The translations under genes and the position numbers were made by a program. Below the pieces are notes generated by a model that was given only the letters and a program-made list of their open reading frames with translations, was not told the DNA's origin and searched no databases. DNA of 64,000 nt, taken from the NCBI RefSeq assembly GCF_006345805.1, contig NC_043001.1:57784001-57848000 (forward strand). Direction: 5' to 3'. Shown one piece after another: positions 35,900 to 50,589 of this stretch; the first letter of the stretch is position 1, and each line of letters starts with the position of its first letter. Origin of the DNA: Octopus sinensis. Lineage: Eukaryota.

Positions 35900-38800
35900 T
35901 CAACAAAAGGAAAGAATTAACAGTGAGAATGAAGCTATAGCCGATAATGGTGAAGTTTCCCACCTGGCACGTCCAAATCCGTCCGCATGAGGGGCAATGA
36001 TCTGGCCTCGGACGGTGGTCATATCACAACAGTTCACATACACGGTGTGCGCAAAAACAGGCATAAGTGGACGAAGGAAGAGTACGACACACTTATTGAA
36101 AGTCATGAAAGTGCAAAGCTTCAAAGAAGTCGCAGAGTAGGTCAGCGTACCTTGAAAGTTTGGATGGAAAAGGATATGTGTCCAATGTCAGAAAATAAAC
36201 TAATGAACCAAGTGAGAGTGATTAGGAGGAAAGTTTACTTAACTGGAGTAGAAATATCTCGGATTAGTGAAAGTCGGAGAGCCTCTGTGGATGGGCTACA
36301 AAGGATGGTCGGATTTCAAAAGACGGAGGTAGGAATTGGAAGCAGGGAGAAGAGTAGACGGGAGGAATTGGGGAATAATGATGGGGCTGTTAAGGATGAG
36401 GAACAGGAACGTTATACAGTGAACCTTGATACAGTGTTGGGTGGACATGCAGGGAAAGTGAACCATCTAGTTAATGAGTTACTTGAATTTCAAAGACGAC
36501 CCAGCGACTTGAATGCTCCAGAAGAAAAATCCCCTTGAATAAGAGAAGGGTGGATAGGACTATGATAAATAAAGTAACACAAAAGATAAATATTGGCATA
36601 CCATACATCCATATGGAGGACATAACACAAACAAGGAATCTTCCCCGAGCTTGTGCCCTACTAGATGTGGGGAAATTACAACATAAAAGAAGAAAAAATG
36701 ATGGAGCAAAAGAATTATGTTGAAAACGACGCATGGAAAGGGACATAATGCGGGCAAGACAAGATCTAGGAAATATTGAGCAATGGAAAATGGGAAAAAA
36801 GACCGACTGAGAAAATTAGAGAAGTAATATAAAGTACGGAAGAACGGTTTCATGCAGTAATAGAGCAGTTAGAACAGAGGATCATGTCAACAAGCCAGAA
36901 GATCAAAAGATTTGCGAACACTTTGAGGAAAATTGATTGTTCAAGAATAACCCTAAGCAATTCTTTCGAACATTAGGAGACAATGGGGAAATGTTGTTCC
37001 TGATGCAAATCAAGCCAAGGAGTTCTAGAGGAAAATATGGGTAAACAAGTTGGTGCATAAAAGGGATGCAATATAGATAGAAACTTTCAGGACAGAATTA
37101 CAAGGATGAAAGAAACAATGGAATATTGTCATAAGCACGGGTGATGTGAAAGAAGTGCCTAACTGGAAAACCCCCGGACCAGATGGGATTCATGGATTCT
37201 GTCAGAAAAGGTGCCATGTGGTGCATGAAAGACTAGCAGCCGAATTCGCATGGATGGTGACTGGGAGGACAAAACTTGTAATGAAAGATAGAAGGGGACT
37301 ATAGTGGGAAATTACTGTTCCATATCATGCCTAAACATAATCTGGAAGATACTCACTGGAATATATGCGGCAAAGACATACTTTCCTGGCACAGGAAGAA
37401 ATACTACCAAGGGAACACAAAGGACGTAGGAAGAGTTCTTAGGGCACCAACAATCACCTGGTCATCGATAAAACAATTCTGAGGCATTGCAAAAATCATC
37501 ATACAAACATGTATATGACTTGGATTGACTTTAAGAAGTCATATGATATGGTGCCCCATTCTTAGATTGTTAAATACATGCAGTTATTTAGTGTTACTTA
37601 CAACATCACAAATGTTCTGATGCATAACATGAAATAGTGGAAAAACAAATTGTATCCAAGTAGCGTATTCCCTGGAGAAGATAATATCAAAAGTGCAATC
37701 TTTCAAGGCGACTCGTTTTGTCCGTTACGTCTTGTAATTGTACTAATAACCCCTTACAATGACACTTAGGAAAGTTACGATGGGTTACCAATGTGGGACC
37801 GCCGTGAAAATCAAGGATATTGAGACTAAAGGATATAAATATCTGGAAATTTTAGAATACGACAAAATCAATGAAAGTAAACTGAGATATATCTTTCAAT
37901 GAGAATATCTCAGAAGAACCAGGTTAATTATGGAATGTAGACTGCATGCAGAAAAATAAAGTCAGGATAATGAACAGTTGTGCTGTTTCCTTTACGAGAT
38001 ACAGCGCAGGTTTTGTTAGATGCACAAAGAATGAGCTTGATGAAATGGACAGAAAAACTACAAACATGATAATTAACAAGGAACTACACCCCGAAAGTGA
38101 TACTGACAGACTGCATGTGCCTAGAAACAGGGCTGGAAGAAGTCTCATAGGATGCAAGATCTGTGTTGTAAACGAGAGAACAGTCTGGCTTGGTACATCA
38201 AACAACAGAGTGAATCCTTGGTTGTCGCTCTAAGAATTAACAATATAAAACCTACCGAAAATGTTATGCACCAAGAAACGTATAAGAAACAAGATTTAGA
38301 AGAGAGAGTAAATACCTGGAAAATGAAACCACTGCATGGGCAATATGTGAATGAAATCGAAGGATAAACAAGACCAACACTTGGAGATGGCTAAGAAAAA
38401 CTGATCTGAAAGGATGCACTGATGCGTTGATATGCAGCGCCCAGGAACACGTTCTGAGCACTAATTACACTAAGTTCCAAATAGACAGTAGTAGCGAAAC
38501 GCCCCTTTGTAGGATGTATGACACCAGAAATGAAACAATCTCACGTAGTGTGAGTGAGTTTAAAGGAGTCACGATAACGTGGCTTAGTTTAAAAAATTTT
38601 TTTTTTATTGCAGGATACGTGAAAGCGCGGCCTGATCAGAGCACAGAAATGGTACGAACATGAACTAGAAGGAGTCACCGACAACAAGGAACATATGATA
38701 CTGTGGGATTTTACAATCCAGTCTGATTCCCTAATGAAAGCTCGAAGACCAGATATTGTTGTGGTAGATAGGGGAAAAAAGAAAACGAAGATCATAGATA

Positions 38801-39206
38801 TTGCAATACCTGCAGATGCATGGATAAATGACAAACAGCTAGACAAGACTGTAAAGTACAGATTGCTAACAGAAGAAATTGCAAGATTGTGGACTATGAG
38901 AAGATTGTGTGTCATTTCAGTAGATAGAGGGGCACTAGAAGCACTAACATTCAAATTCGAGAAATGTGTCAAAGAAATAGGAATTGACATGAGAGTAGAG
39001 GAAGCCCTAAAACTGCTCTGCTGCAGGTAGCCAGGATTTTGAGATTGGTACTTTGGTGTTGAATGTGTCCTACGATAATTAGTAAGTAATTATCAAAGTG
39101 TATAACACGTTAAAAATCCCCTATGAGACCTCTGACAGCAGGCTGCTGCCCATTCTCACAAAATCTACCAGAACAAACAAGACTGAACATTCTGAGAAGT
39201 AAAACG
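35900..39206 (+). mobile_element. Decayed near full-length R4/Dong LINE with (TAA)n tail
   Basis: HKWTKEEY, NKLMNQVRVIRRK, NWKTPGPDGIHGF, WIDFKKSYDMVPH, IFQGDS, CRMYDTRNETI, RPDIVVVDRGKKKTKIIDIAIP. The MDD segment appears deleted near 37800; (TAA)n at 39207-39295. Confidence 0.85.
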
Positions 39207-39297
<91 letters not shown>

Positions 39298-39299
39298 GG

Positions 39300-39860
39300 T
39301 GAAATGGAAGGACTAATGAAAATAGACCCCCAACACCAAATGCAGAATGTGCTACCAGCACAATGAAACAGTCGACCACATCATCGCATGCTCCTCAGTC
39401 CTTATCGTATCTGAATATATATACAGACATGACCAAATACGCAGTTATATCCGATGCACAATATGCCAACACTACAACATTAAAACTCACTATAGATGGT
39501 ATAAACACGTGCCAAACAAGGTAGAGGACAATCATCTGGGATAAGCCGGTTTAAACCAACAAAGAATTGAAGCTAATTACCCAGAGATAACAGTCAAGGA
39601 TTGGTAAAAAAAAAAAAAATACCTGCTTACCGATAAATTTCAAAAAAGAAGTGGAGAAAGTGTGACGTTACAAAGAACTCGAAATTGATGTATTCAAAAT
39701 GTGGAGTATGATGGTAAAAGCAATACCAATAATAATTGGAGCATTGGACATGATATAGATATCATATGAACAAAAACCTAGAAGCTATACCTGGATCCTC
39801 AACAGTATGATCCAAAAAATAGTCCACATCCTACACAAGAGACTACCAATTCAATAATAC
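39300..39860 (+). mobile_element. R4/Dong 3' fragment (CCHC knuckle + REL)
   Basis: KCRMCYQHNETVDHIIACSSVLIVSEYIYRHDQI...WYKHVPNKV, then PIIIGALDMI; begins right after (TAA)n. Confidence 0.75.
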
Positions 39861-40559
39861 AACCGAAAAGAACAACCCAGAAACACAAGACACACTCTAT
39901 ACAATAATTATGCAGTGAAATAAACTTCCACCGGCAAGCCTTATAACAAACGCATTACTCAACGCAAAAAACAATACAAGCAGTAATACAACAAAATACT
40001 GCAACACACTCCTAGAGAAAACAAATCTGATAAAATACAATACCAGGAAGAGTTTGTACACTCCCAACAGCAGAAAAGAACACAATGTTGATCACACCTC
40101 AGGAACCGGAGGTGTAGCGGGTGAGGCAGTAGAAATATTCCTGAAACTACAAAATGTAGAGCATCAACAATAATAATAGACAAGACGAAAAGCGCGATGC
40201 GATAACAATAAATATTTTATTGGTTGAACGATATTTCAACAACAAGCCTGTCTTTGGCGAGTTCAAAATAGAAAGGGATAAAAATTCAAAATTATAGAAA
40301 TTCAGATCTAAAGTCTGAATGAGAGCAGCAAGCGTCCACAAGTTCATAGAATGTCATCATCAGTTTTTGAGTTTCAGTTTTATAACAGAGGAAAAGAAAA
40401 AGACAGAAAAAAACAGAAAAAAGAGAAAAGAAAACAGAACAATATTTAATCAAGCAGTTTTGTGTAAATTTGGTGATAGTCTCCTGTCGTATTATTTATT
40501 TTATTCATTCTTCCAGGGCGTGATGTTAATAACCCGCAAAAATATTTCTCCTCATGCAT

Positions 40560-41230
40560 TTTGAGAAGTAAAAGTGAAGTAGATTCAGACTATTTTTGGA
40601 GAATATGCACTTTCAAATCTTTTTCAAAATTGCAGCTGATTGAAACAAAATGTTCGGCAAGTTATGTCGAACTACTGTTATTTTGCCTGACGTCGAATTG
40701 GTGTCCATTAAATCATTTGTATAGTTGTTCTGTTGTACAACCAACATAAATCAAGTTGTTTCGAGCATTCTGCCAGGTACACCAAATGGGAATCTCTACA
40801 TGTCCCACCTTCTCTATAAATCATTACATTTCTGTTATTGTTCTTGATGGAATTCACTTGACACATGTTGTCGCACAATGAACAGGGCTTACTTCTCTTG
40901 CGGCTGTTTTTTAATGAACAGCGTGCAGTTACTCCATTGTTAGTTTTCTTGGAGTCAAAAATTGAAGTAAAAATTTTCTCATGTTCTTATTCCGTCTAAA
41001 GGTTAAATGGGCGGCTGAGGAAATATCTGTTTGAAATGAGGATATTTTTCTACCCCGTGTTGGTAACGTTCATGAAACACTTGAAATGCTTGCGAAATTT
41101 CGGTGCCAGTTAATCACTAAAGGAATTCTATCACATATTGTATTGTGTTTGCTTGAAGTTTTAATTATCTTTGCTAATCTTAACTATTTCATTTGCGATT
41201 TCCTTTAATGGTGATGCACTGTAACCGCGG
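40560..41230 (-). mobile_element. Penelope-like remnant, C-terminal half (thumb to GIY-YIG)
   Basis: RIPLVINWH, KYPHFKQIFPQPP...FRRNKN, KPCSLCDNMCQ...GGTCRDSHLVYLAECSK, TTEQLYK*FNGH. Confidence 0.7.
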
Positions 41231-41249
41231 TTCACATAAGGATATACAA

Positions 41250-42320
41250 AATTATGATGGCATCTGGCATAACTGGATTGAATAGAATCCAACTGGTATC
41301 CAGATACAGTTCGGGACGAACGTTGTTAAGCACTACTGGAATCCTTGAATCTTGTCAGACAGGCATGAGGGAAAGTCTTAAAACAATTGGAAAGAAATCT
41401 CGGAATAACCTCATAATTTCCCAACGTTACGCACACTGTGTCTATTGTTAATGAAATGGCGGATAATGGAGGCGCTATAGTCATTATGAAGAAAGTTGAG
41501 TATATTTCGGCTTATGCAGAAGTTTTAAGTGACAAAACTTGACATGAATAATTACCTGTCGATCCAAACCCCAATTACAGAGAGAAACTTGACAAAATAA
41601 TTCTGGAAATGGAGGAAAACCATTTCATTAATAAGGCAAAATATAGGATTTTACGTTGAGAAAGAAGAACAGCCGTATTTTATGGTTTTCCTCAATTACA
41701 CAAAAAGTTCGATAGATTTCCTCCAATATACCCAATTTGCAGTGGATATGAATGCTGTACAGCCAAGATTTTGAATTGGCTGGATGGCCTTCAACTCTCT
41801 GTTGCCAAAAGATCAAGTTCACATATTCGGGATACTTTTGATTTTGTGTCTAAAATCAACAACATTTTTTAGCACTGAATCCATGTCGAAAACTGTCTTT
41901 TAGTAACAATGGATGTTTGTTCGTTATATCTAAATATTGAACACCATGAAGGGGTAGAAGCATGCATTGATGCCTTCGAAAAGCGGTCAAAAATTATTCC
42001 ATCAAATTTTCTCTGTAGGTTATTGAAGTTTGTATTACCTCCATGGCAGTTAATTTCGCAAATGACTTCATGACGAAATTCGAGACACAGTTACTGAATA
42101 CATTCAAATCCCTACATGGTCATGAACCAATACTCTGCTTACGATTCAGTGATAACGTCATTTTTGTCTGGAAAGGATCACTGGATAGTTTAATTGACTT
42201 CTTGCATTTCTGTTAGTGTTATGCTAAAAAATAAGGCTTTAAGTCCAACATAAAATTTACGTCTATTTTTTCAAAAATTAGCGTTGAATTTTTGGACACA
42301 AAAGTTAAGTTTTCTGGAGG
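41250..42320 (+). mobile_element. Penelope-like remnant, RT N-terminal and core half
   Basis: ADNGGAIVIM, FYGFPQLHK, SSHIRDTFDFV, LVTMDVCSLYLNIEHHEGVEAC, EFLDTKV. Confidence 0.75.
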
Positions 42321-42344
42321 CAGAGAGTGGCGGAGTCGGAGACT

Positions 42345-42760
42345 AGCAAAATCGGACCCAGTAGTGGTGGACAAGGTGCACCACACACGATATATAGTTG
42401 ATGTTGCATACCCCTTTGAACCACGAATAGTTAAGGAGGAATGCGAAAATATAGGTAAATAGAATCCAATTAAGTATGAAATAGCTTGGCTATGGAAAAT
42501 GAAAAATGTGAAGATAGTGCCAATTATTGCAGGGTCCTTGGGAACAGTATCAGAAAGCATCAAGGGGAATATAAATTGGAATAGAGTGCCCAGTAGAACT
42601 GTTACAAAAGATTTGCCTCTTTGACACGGCCGGAATAACCAGGAAAATATTAGATAGCTGAAAAGAACGGATAGCATGGTAGTGTAGGCTGCATGTAGTA
42701 AGTCCGCTATGCATGCATGATTCCAGGAGCTCCAAGAAAACTTGTGATAAAGAGAAATAA
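42345..42760 (+). mobile_element. R4/Dong REL-domain 3' fragment
   Basis: DPVVVDKVHHTRYIVDVAYPF...IAWLWKMKNVKIVPIIAGSLGTV...TAGITRKILDS*. Confidence 0.7.
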
Positions 42761-44389
42761 TAACAAGAATGATAATATACAGTTACAGGTAGCGGCTCTC
42801 ACGGATTTTGATCTTTTCTGATTGGAAGTGTTATGATGTACATGCATACTTTGGAATATGAATATTTCATCCTTGGAAACGGGTATTTCGTTTAACATTT
42901 TAAACAACTGTTATTCAGGACCATTTTGAGCGGGATGGGCTACTCGACATGAAAATTGTAACTGGGCCCCACCTACAAGGATATGCACTGTTTATCCTCA
43001 TATGAGGTCAGCATGTCGTACACATATAGTTGTGATACATGTGCGTGGTGTACGCTTAGCTGACGAATACTCATAACGGACATATTGCACTTCGTATATT
43101 TGTACCCCATCGTCACTATGATAGCATGTGCTGGTCTCTCCAATAATAATAATGGAGATTATGATATGATAACTATAGCAACAACCACACAATGCAATAC
43201 CATATCATAATGAGGTAGTTACAAAAAATTGAGAACATTGATAGATGTTAGGACATAGTCAAAGAAATGTAGAGATTGATGAAGTGTAATGGTGATGCAT
43301 ATTCTTTAAAACTTGGAACGAGCTTCAACGCTTGGGTATTTTATATTTGAAACTCAAATTATCGATCTTCAGGAGATTCTTATTTTTTGAGAAGATTTGG
43401 TGTCACCTCAAGGCCCATGCTCTGCGACCTATTATAGCATGTAATAGATGAAAAAAAAGAAGAAGAAAACAATAATAAAATATAACAACTGAAGCAGTGT
43501 TCAGTAGTAGTGGCAGCTGAATTGTTTGTTACGTCTTACGTTTCTTTCTTCTTAACTATAGTATTCGATATAATATCTCTGAAGATTTTGCAAAGAATCA
43601 TATGAAGCCGTTTGGAAAAGCATATTAACCATTAGGCATTATATATTTATATCTTCTAACTTCACAATGACTTTTTGAAAAACGTATCAAATAGAAAGAA
43701 AAACAAAAATCAAAAACGAAAATAAAAACGAAAACTGAAAATGTCCAGTAACTTAATCATATTTTGGAAAATGTTCCTCGTCATTCTTTATCTCTCTGTT
43801 TTGCTTTCTCTTACTTCATCTTTCTCTTTATTTTCCCTCTTTTTCATTTGTTATTTGTTTAATTCCTCTTGATAAATTCATCAAACAAATAGTATCTGGC
43901 TGTATTTTGATATTTGGTAATCAGAGTATTTTACATAGAACACAACTTTAATCAATGTGGCAATTCTTTGATTATTTTCATCTCTGACGTATTGATGCAT
44001 TCTTTGAATAGACATTGATTTCAATATTTCCATTCTCTGTAATTCAAAGAGCAGAGGCAAACTCATCCATCTCTTCCAACCATACGACGTCTGGCTATAT
44101 TGATAAATTTGAAGAATAATAAACTAAACTATTTTAAGAATTAAAATTGTTTTATTTTAATTTTTTCTGAACGATAGAATATCTTATTACGTAGCTCTTT
44201 TCTGTATTTTCTTTTCCTCATAGTATAGACTTATAAAATCCTTTCTTTGTGGACTGGGGTCTTTACTTGCAAATTTATTGAACCATCAACGAAAAAAATG
44301 AAAAAATAAAATTTAAAAAATTTCTATTTTACTTGCAATGTATTCAATACTATTTCAGCTAAAATTATGAGAACACAAAGAATATATGT

Positions 44390-45180
<791 letters not shown>

Positions 45181-45459
45181 TGTATTTATGGATATAGCTA
45201 TGTAGGTATTTATAATGGTAGGCAGGCAAGCAACAGATATCGAATCTGATTATTTCATATTAATAAGCAGATGATATATAGAGAAAAGTGTATGCATAAA
45301 CGAGTATACGCATAGATATAATGTAATTCCGTAGTGTTAATATGACATATTATGACATGTGAAGATGGACAACTAGTTAAAATGATACGGGTTTCTCATG
45401 CACAAAGTATGTGCAATTGTGTATAAAACCCAAACATACACCGGAATGTTTCATAGTAA

Positions 45460-45712
45460 GGTTTCAAATTGTGGCAGAAGACCAGAAATTTTGAGCGAGG
45501 AATGAATTCGCCCCCAGTGCTCCTCTAGTATATATTTCATTAACCTTGATGTGATGAAAGTCAAACTCGGAATTTGAACTTAGAATGTATATATGCACAA
45601 AATGTCACCTAGTACTTCTCTCCGGCCTGCTAATGATTCTGCCACGACCCCACACAATATGTCACCTAGTACTTCTCTCCAACCTGCTAATGATTCTGCC
45701 ACGACGCCGCCT
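45460..45712 (-). mobile_element. SINE family D copy with a ~60-bp tandem duplication of its head
   Basis: atgtcacctagtacttctctcc...ctgctaatgattctgccacgac occurs twice (about 45602-45651 and 45659-45705). Confidence 0.65.
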
Positions 45713-45727
45713 TAATTAATTATCACA

Positions 45728-45870
45728 ATAATTTCAAATTTTGGCACAAGGCCAACTAGTTTGGGGAAGAGGAAGGGTCGATTATCAGTTCGGCAAAAGA
45801 AACGATAGAATAAGTACTAGGCTTACAAAGAATAAGTCCTGGGGTCGATTTGTTCGACTAATTAAAATGA
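45728..45870. mobile_element. Chimeric SINE fragments: family D 3' end (-) joined to family A tail (+)
   Basis: aatttcaaattttggcacaaggcc... followed by cggcaaaagaaacgatagaataagtactaggcttacaaagaataagtcctggggtcgatttgttcgactaa. Confidence 0.6.
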
Positions 45871-45949
45871 AACAAATAAAATAATATATATATATAAACT
45901 TACTTGGAAGTTGATGCGTGGCGTTAAATCATAAAATAATAATAATAAA

Positions 45950-45999
<50 letters not shown>

Positions 46000-46211
46000 T
46001 TACATATATGTATGCATATATACATACATATATGTATATACATATGCATATGTGGGTACAGGGCATCATAAAATGTAAATAAATACGAAAACATAGAATA
46101 CGAACACTTTTTGTGAACAACTAAAGAAACAAATGAAACACAAGACAAGTAACGTAAAAACGTTTTTTTGAGGCGAACATTTTTATTGTAATCTTAATAA
46201 TAATGTTTACA

Positions 46212-46366
46212 ACGACGGGTTTCTTTCAGTTTCCATCTACCAGATCAACTCAAGGCTTTAGTTGCTCGAGGCTATAGTAGAAGACACTTGCCCAAGGTGT
46301 CACACTGTGGCACTGAGCCAGAAACCATGTGGTTGGGAAGCAAGCTTCTTACTCCACGGCCGCAGC
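46212..46366 (-). mobile_element. SINE family A 5' half
   Basis: Matches 10251-10410. Confidence 0.8.
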
Positions 46367-46464
46367 TGCGATAATTTTCAATCTTTAAATTGTTTCAACT
46401 TTAAAGCTGCGGTCATCCTGGGACACTATTTTTGGATATGCTACACTATTATTTGAAACCTCTT

Positions 46465-47950
46465 CTGATATGTGGCATTTGATGAAGGAGGGTGTTTGAT
46501 ACTGCTGCTTTCATCTATGTTTCCTGCCGTGTGCTAGGCTCATCTGGAACTCTTGACTGGTGGTGATCCAGTTTTGTTTTGAAAACACCTATATCCGCCC
46601 CATGGAAGACTCTCATGCACTTTCAAAGAATATTGAAGAGCTGCGAGCCCTTGAAACCCGAGCTGTTGCAGTGTCTAGTCTTGATATGTTGCAGTGAAAC
46701 TATTTTCTTTGTGTAGCTTCGTTGGATAGCTTCGAGTTCCGCCATTAAATTTATACTGTGTACTGGTGGCCATAGTTAGGAGCAGTTGCACAAGCGGCTA
46801 ATTATGTTTACCCTCGGACGGGCCATCATAGTTCCATTTTCTCAAGATTTGAAAGGTCGGAAGATTTATCAAACCAGCTGTCTGCACTTTATGACCGAAT
46901 TAGTAATATGCACCTGCAAATATGCATCCTAAACATACCCATGACACGCACCGATTTTGATTCAAATATTACAATCCTCCCGGGCAAGTGTATCCTGCAT
47001 TAAACTGTCCTCAGTTCATCTGTATATTTCATTGAATTCCCGATGCAGATGCACAATATTTCTAGGATGGTGTAGTGTCTTAGAGAATTTTGTGTCATCT
47101 GCATAGTTAGCAAGTCTCGCTATCTGAGCAGCTGAGATCATGTCTCAGAGGGCCACTATACATATCAGTGGCCCTACGACAGTGCCCTATGGAACATTTG
47201 CTATTTTGCTTCCTTTCAGGTGGTCTGTGTTTTAGAAAGCTGTGTAGCTACTCTCCAAGTTTTCTGAATATGCCGAATTCACGCAGTTTGTGACATATAC
47301 AACGGTCGGCTTTATCAAAGGCTCTTGTAAAGTCTACATATATCACATCCACACTGAAATCGTCTAGTAGCTGTTATAACATTCAATCGTAATGTTGTAA
47401 GAGTTCTGTCAGGCAGCTTCTACCTGGAAGAAACCCATGCTGGGTGCCCCCCAGCAAGTAATTTTCTTCAAGGGATGCGATCAGTTTCTTGCGTACTGTT
47501 CGTTCCATGACTTTGCTGATGTGTGTGGTCAATGAGATAAGACTATAATTTTTGTCATCCGCACTGCTTCCTCCTTTAGGGACAAGGAATATTATTCCTT
47601 CCTTCAGTTTGTCTGGGAGCTTACTTCTTGCAAGAAAGCTTTGAAAAAGACGCTACAGTGATTTTACAAGGGCGCGTTCCACGAAGAATTTCTGGAACTC
47701 ATCAGGGCCAGCAGATGAGGTTGTGTCAACCTCTATCCCTTCTGTGCATCAAGTATTTGTTTAATATTTCATGTTCCTGTATTGCAAACGCATACCCTTC
47801 AAAGCTGCAGGTTGTAATACGGCTATTGTACCATGAGGAACTGCTTTGATGATCGATGTTACTAGCATCTCGGAGCTTTCATACTAACATATCCATACTA
47901 ACATAGCCATGCATAGTCTTATATATGCTTATCCTTTCATCTGATGATAC
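46465..47950 (-). mobile_element. Old decayed CR1-group RT fragment related to the 2878-8171 element
   Basis: NYSLISLTTHISKVMERTVR, QHGFLPGRSCLTELLQHYD, VDVIYVDFTRAFDK. Confidence 0.75.
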
Positions 47951-47959
47951 GTGACGGTG

Positions 47960-48610
47960 GAGTCATGTGACTTATTTGGGCATGTATTCAAGGTTATTAA
48001 ACAAGGATTGTAGCTCAAAGAGCTGCCTTTCATGTCTTATGATGTTATCAGCCACATGTATGAAAACTTGGTTAAGATATGCACTTCCATATTTAGTGTT
48101 TAAAAGATGTTGCCGAAGGGATATGATACGACATTCAAGGACATTTTGGATCGATGTTAGGCCTCTGCCGCTTTGTACTCGTTTTAGCATTTTTCGGGTT
48201 TTCACATCAATGGTTCTGAAACGTCGAATAAAGCAGCCTAAATATTGGTATGAGTACTGGCACTGCAAACACATTGCAGGCTGCTGTTTAATTGACTGCA
48301 GAGTTCTGAGGTCTAAATCATTTTATTCAGTTGTAATATTCACTAGTGACACGTGTTTTGTTAAAAGTGTCATTGTAAGATATGTTTTCATCCATCAATA
48401 GATAACTGTAACCTTCCTCGTCAAATATAGGGGAAACAATCAAGTCATTGGTGTAGACAGGCTGCAAGTCTGTTTCATAGTTTTCCGCATGTTCTTGACC
48501 ATATAGCATTTATCCCGGCCAAGCTCCTACACTATATCCTTTCCGAATGTTGTAATTAGGTCAAGGCTCTTTTTCATCTCCTGCATCTCGGTCGAATTGG
48601 GCCTATAATT
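47960..48610 (-). mobile_element. R4/Dong internal fragment
   Basis: KSLDLITTFGKD, EGYSYLLMDENISY, IDVKTRKML...GRGLTSIQNV..RIISLRQHL. Confidence 0.6.
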
Positions 48611-48619
48611 CTTTAGTGC

Positions 48620-48627
<8 letters not shown>

Positions 48628-48652
<25 letters not shown>

Positions 48653-48678
48653 CATGTATGTGTGTGTGTGTGTGTGTG

Positions 48679-48732
<54 letters not shown>
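48628..48732. repeat. (GT)n microsatellite
   Basis: Direct reading. Confidence 0.95.
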
Positions 48733-48736
<4 letters not shown>

Positions 48737-48854
48737 CAAAGTAAACTTTCAAGGTACTACACGAGTGAAAATATGTAGAGAAGAGTATTTGAAAATGCAG
48801 AGATCTTTTAAACATGTTTATTGACTTGACCGGTTTCCCTTCTTTAAAAAAAGA

Positions 48855-49100
48855 TGATCAAAAGAAAAATGCAAAGCTTTATATAACCTTTGTTGTGTTT
48901 AAAAGAAATGGTTATAAAGTTGTATTAAAATACACTCATACAGTTTTTTATAATGATAAGAAAATGTTAAAAACATTCAATCTTTGACAATGATAAGAAA
49001 ATATTAAGAGGGTCTTTTTGTTTAAGCAGTTTACACGAAAGTGTTCAAAATAGGTAGTAAAATAAATTTATAATTATTTTAAGTTCATCAAAAATCATGA
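48855..49100. repeat. Left copy of a ~250-bp inverted repeat (partner at 53308-53552)
   Basis: gtgttcaaaataggtagtaaaataaatttataattattttaagttcatcaaaaatcatga is the near reverse complement of the start of 53308-53552. Confidence 0.85.
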
Positions 49101-49147
49101 TTTTATAGATGCATATATGCAGTAAGAATCTCATTTAAGTATTTACA

Positions 49148-50420
49148 CAATAAGTAATGCCTCTGACCCACTTCCTATAGCAATAGAGCAACGAAACATG
49201 GCACAGTTATTAGTCTTTTTCTACATAGGAACCACCCAGAGTTACGCGTTTCTACCATCGTTTGATGCAGCTCTGGAGACCGTTTTTGCAGAAGACCCCA
49301 GCTTGGTCCTCCAACCTGAACGTGACTTCAGAAATCAAGGCTGCATCATCTGGGAAACGCTTTCCTTTCAAAAACAACTTCATAACTGGGAAGAGGTGTA
49401 AATAAGAGGGTGCAAGGTCAGAAAAGTACGGGGGATGGGGAGGAGTTCATAGCCATACGCCTGTGCTTCTGATCTGGCGACAAGCTAGTTGTGGACCGGA
49501 GCGTTGTCCTGCAGGAGGAGGATGCCTTTGCTGATCTTGCCCCGCCACTTGATTTTGATAACTTCTCTTAATTTCCTCAGAAGTGAAGCATAATAGGCTC
49601 CTGTAATTGTGGTACCCTTTGCCAGGAAATCTGTCATCACTACTCCGTCCTGGTCCCAGAAGACTGTGAGCATGACCTTGCCAGCGGAGGGCTGCACCCT
49701 TGCCTTATTTGGAGGGGGTGAGTCACGGTGCTTCCACTGCATTAACTGGGCTTTGGTCTCTGGATCATCGTGATGGACCCAGGTTTCACCCTGTGTAATC
49801 AGTCTTTTGAAAAATGTTGACTCATCTTCTTGGCACATCTCCAAATTCATCCTCGAGCACTCGACGCGTTCTTGCTTCTGAAAAGGCGTGAGCAACCTGG
49901 GAATCCATCTGGCAGGCACCTTTTGCATATGCAAATTGTCATGAATGATAGTTTCCACAGACCCGGTATTAATCTTGACCTCATGGGCTATTTGGCGAAT
50001 AATTATGCGTCGATCTTCCAATATGGCAGCCTCAACTTGACGGACAGATGCCTCATCAATGGCAGAAGGGGGCGACCAGATCTGGGAGCTGTTTCCACAG
50101 AGTTCCGACCATGTTTGAATTCACGATGCCAGCGTTTTACAAGGTCATATGATGGGGCATCATCACCATAAGTTACTTTCATTTCATCAAAAGTCTCCTG
50201 TGGTGTGCGTCCTTTCAAATACAAAAACCGGATCACTGCTCGACACTCAACAGGCTCCATTTCACACTTGACTCAGTTCAAACACCTGTAAATCATAAAC
50301 CACAATTAGTTCAGAGCTGTAATTTGTCACTTACTCTATAGAGATATAAATAATTGCACATGCAAAATTTCAAACAACTGCAAATGGGTTAGAGGCATTA
50401 CTTATTGAACGTCCCTCGTA
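49148..50420 (-). mobile_element. Mariner (Tc1/mariner) DNA transposon, inactive
   Basis: Right TIR agaggcattacttattgaacgtccctcg followed by TA at 50391-50420; left TIR reduced to caataagtaatgcctct at 49148. Confidence 0.9.
49210..50260 (-). pseudogene. Mariner transposase with frameshifts and mutated catalytic residues
   Basis: MEPVECRAVIRFL..., PRSGRP, ARWIPRLLT, ITQGETW (catalytic D lost), QDNAPVH, HPPYFSDLAPSYLHLF (third D changed to Y). Confidence 0.9.
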
Positions 50421-50589
50421 CCAACCTTTTCTTCCTTCATCTCCTGTCTTGTAATATGTGTTTAAGGGATGTTTGTTATTTTTAGAAATAGTGTTGGAGG
50501 TTCGAAGGTGGGGGAGAGCATTCTGGAATCAAAAGGATCTTGTTTCTGTGTTAGTCTGTCATATTTCAATGCTTTTTGTACTGGTCTTA

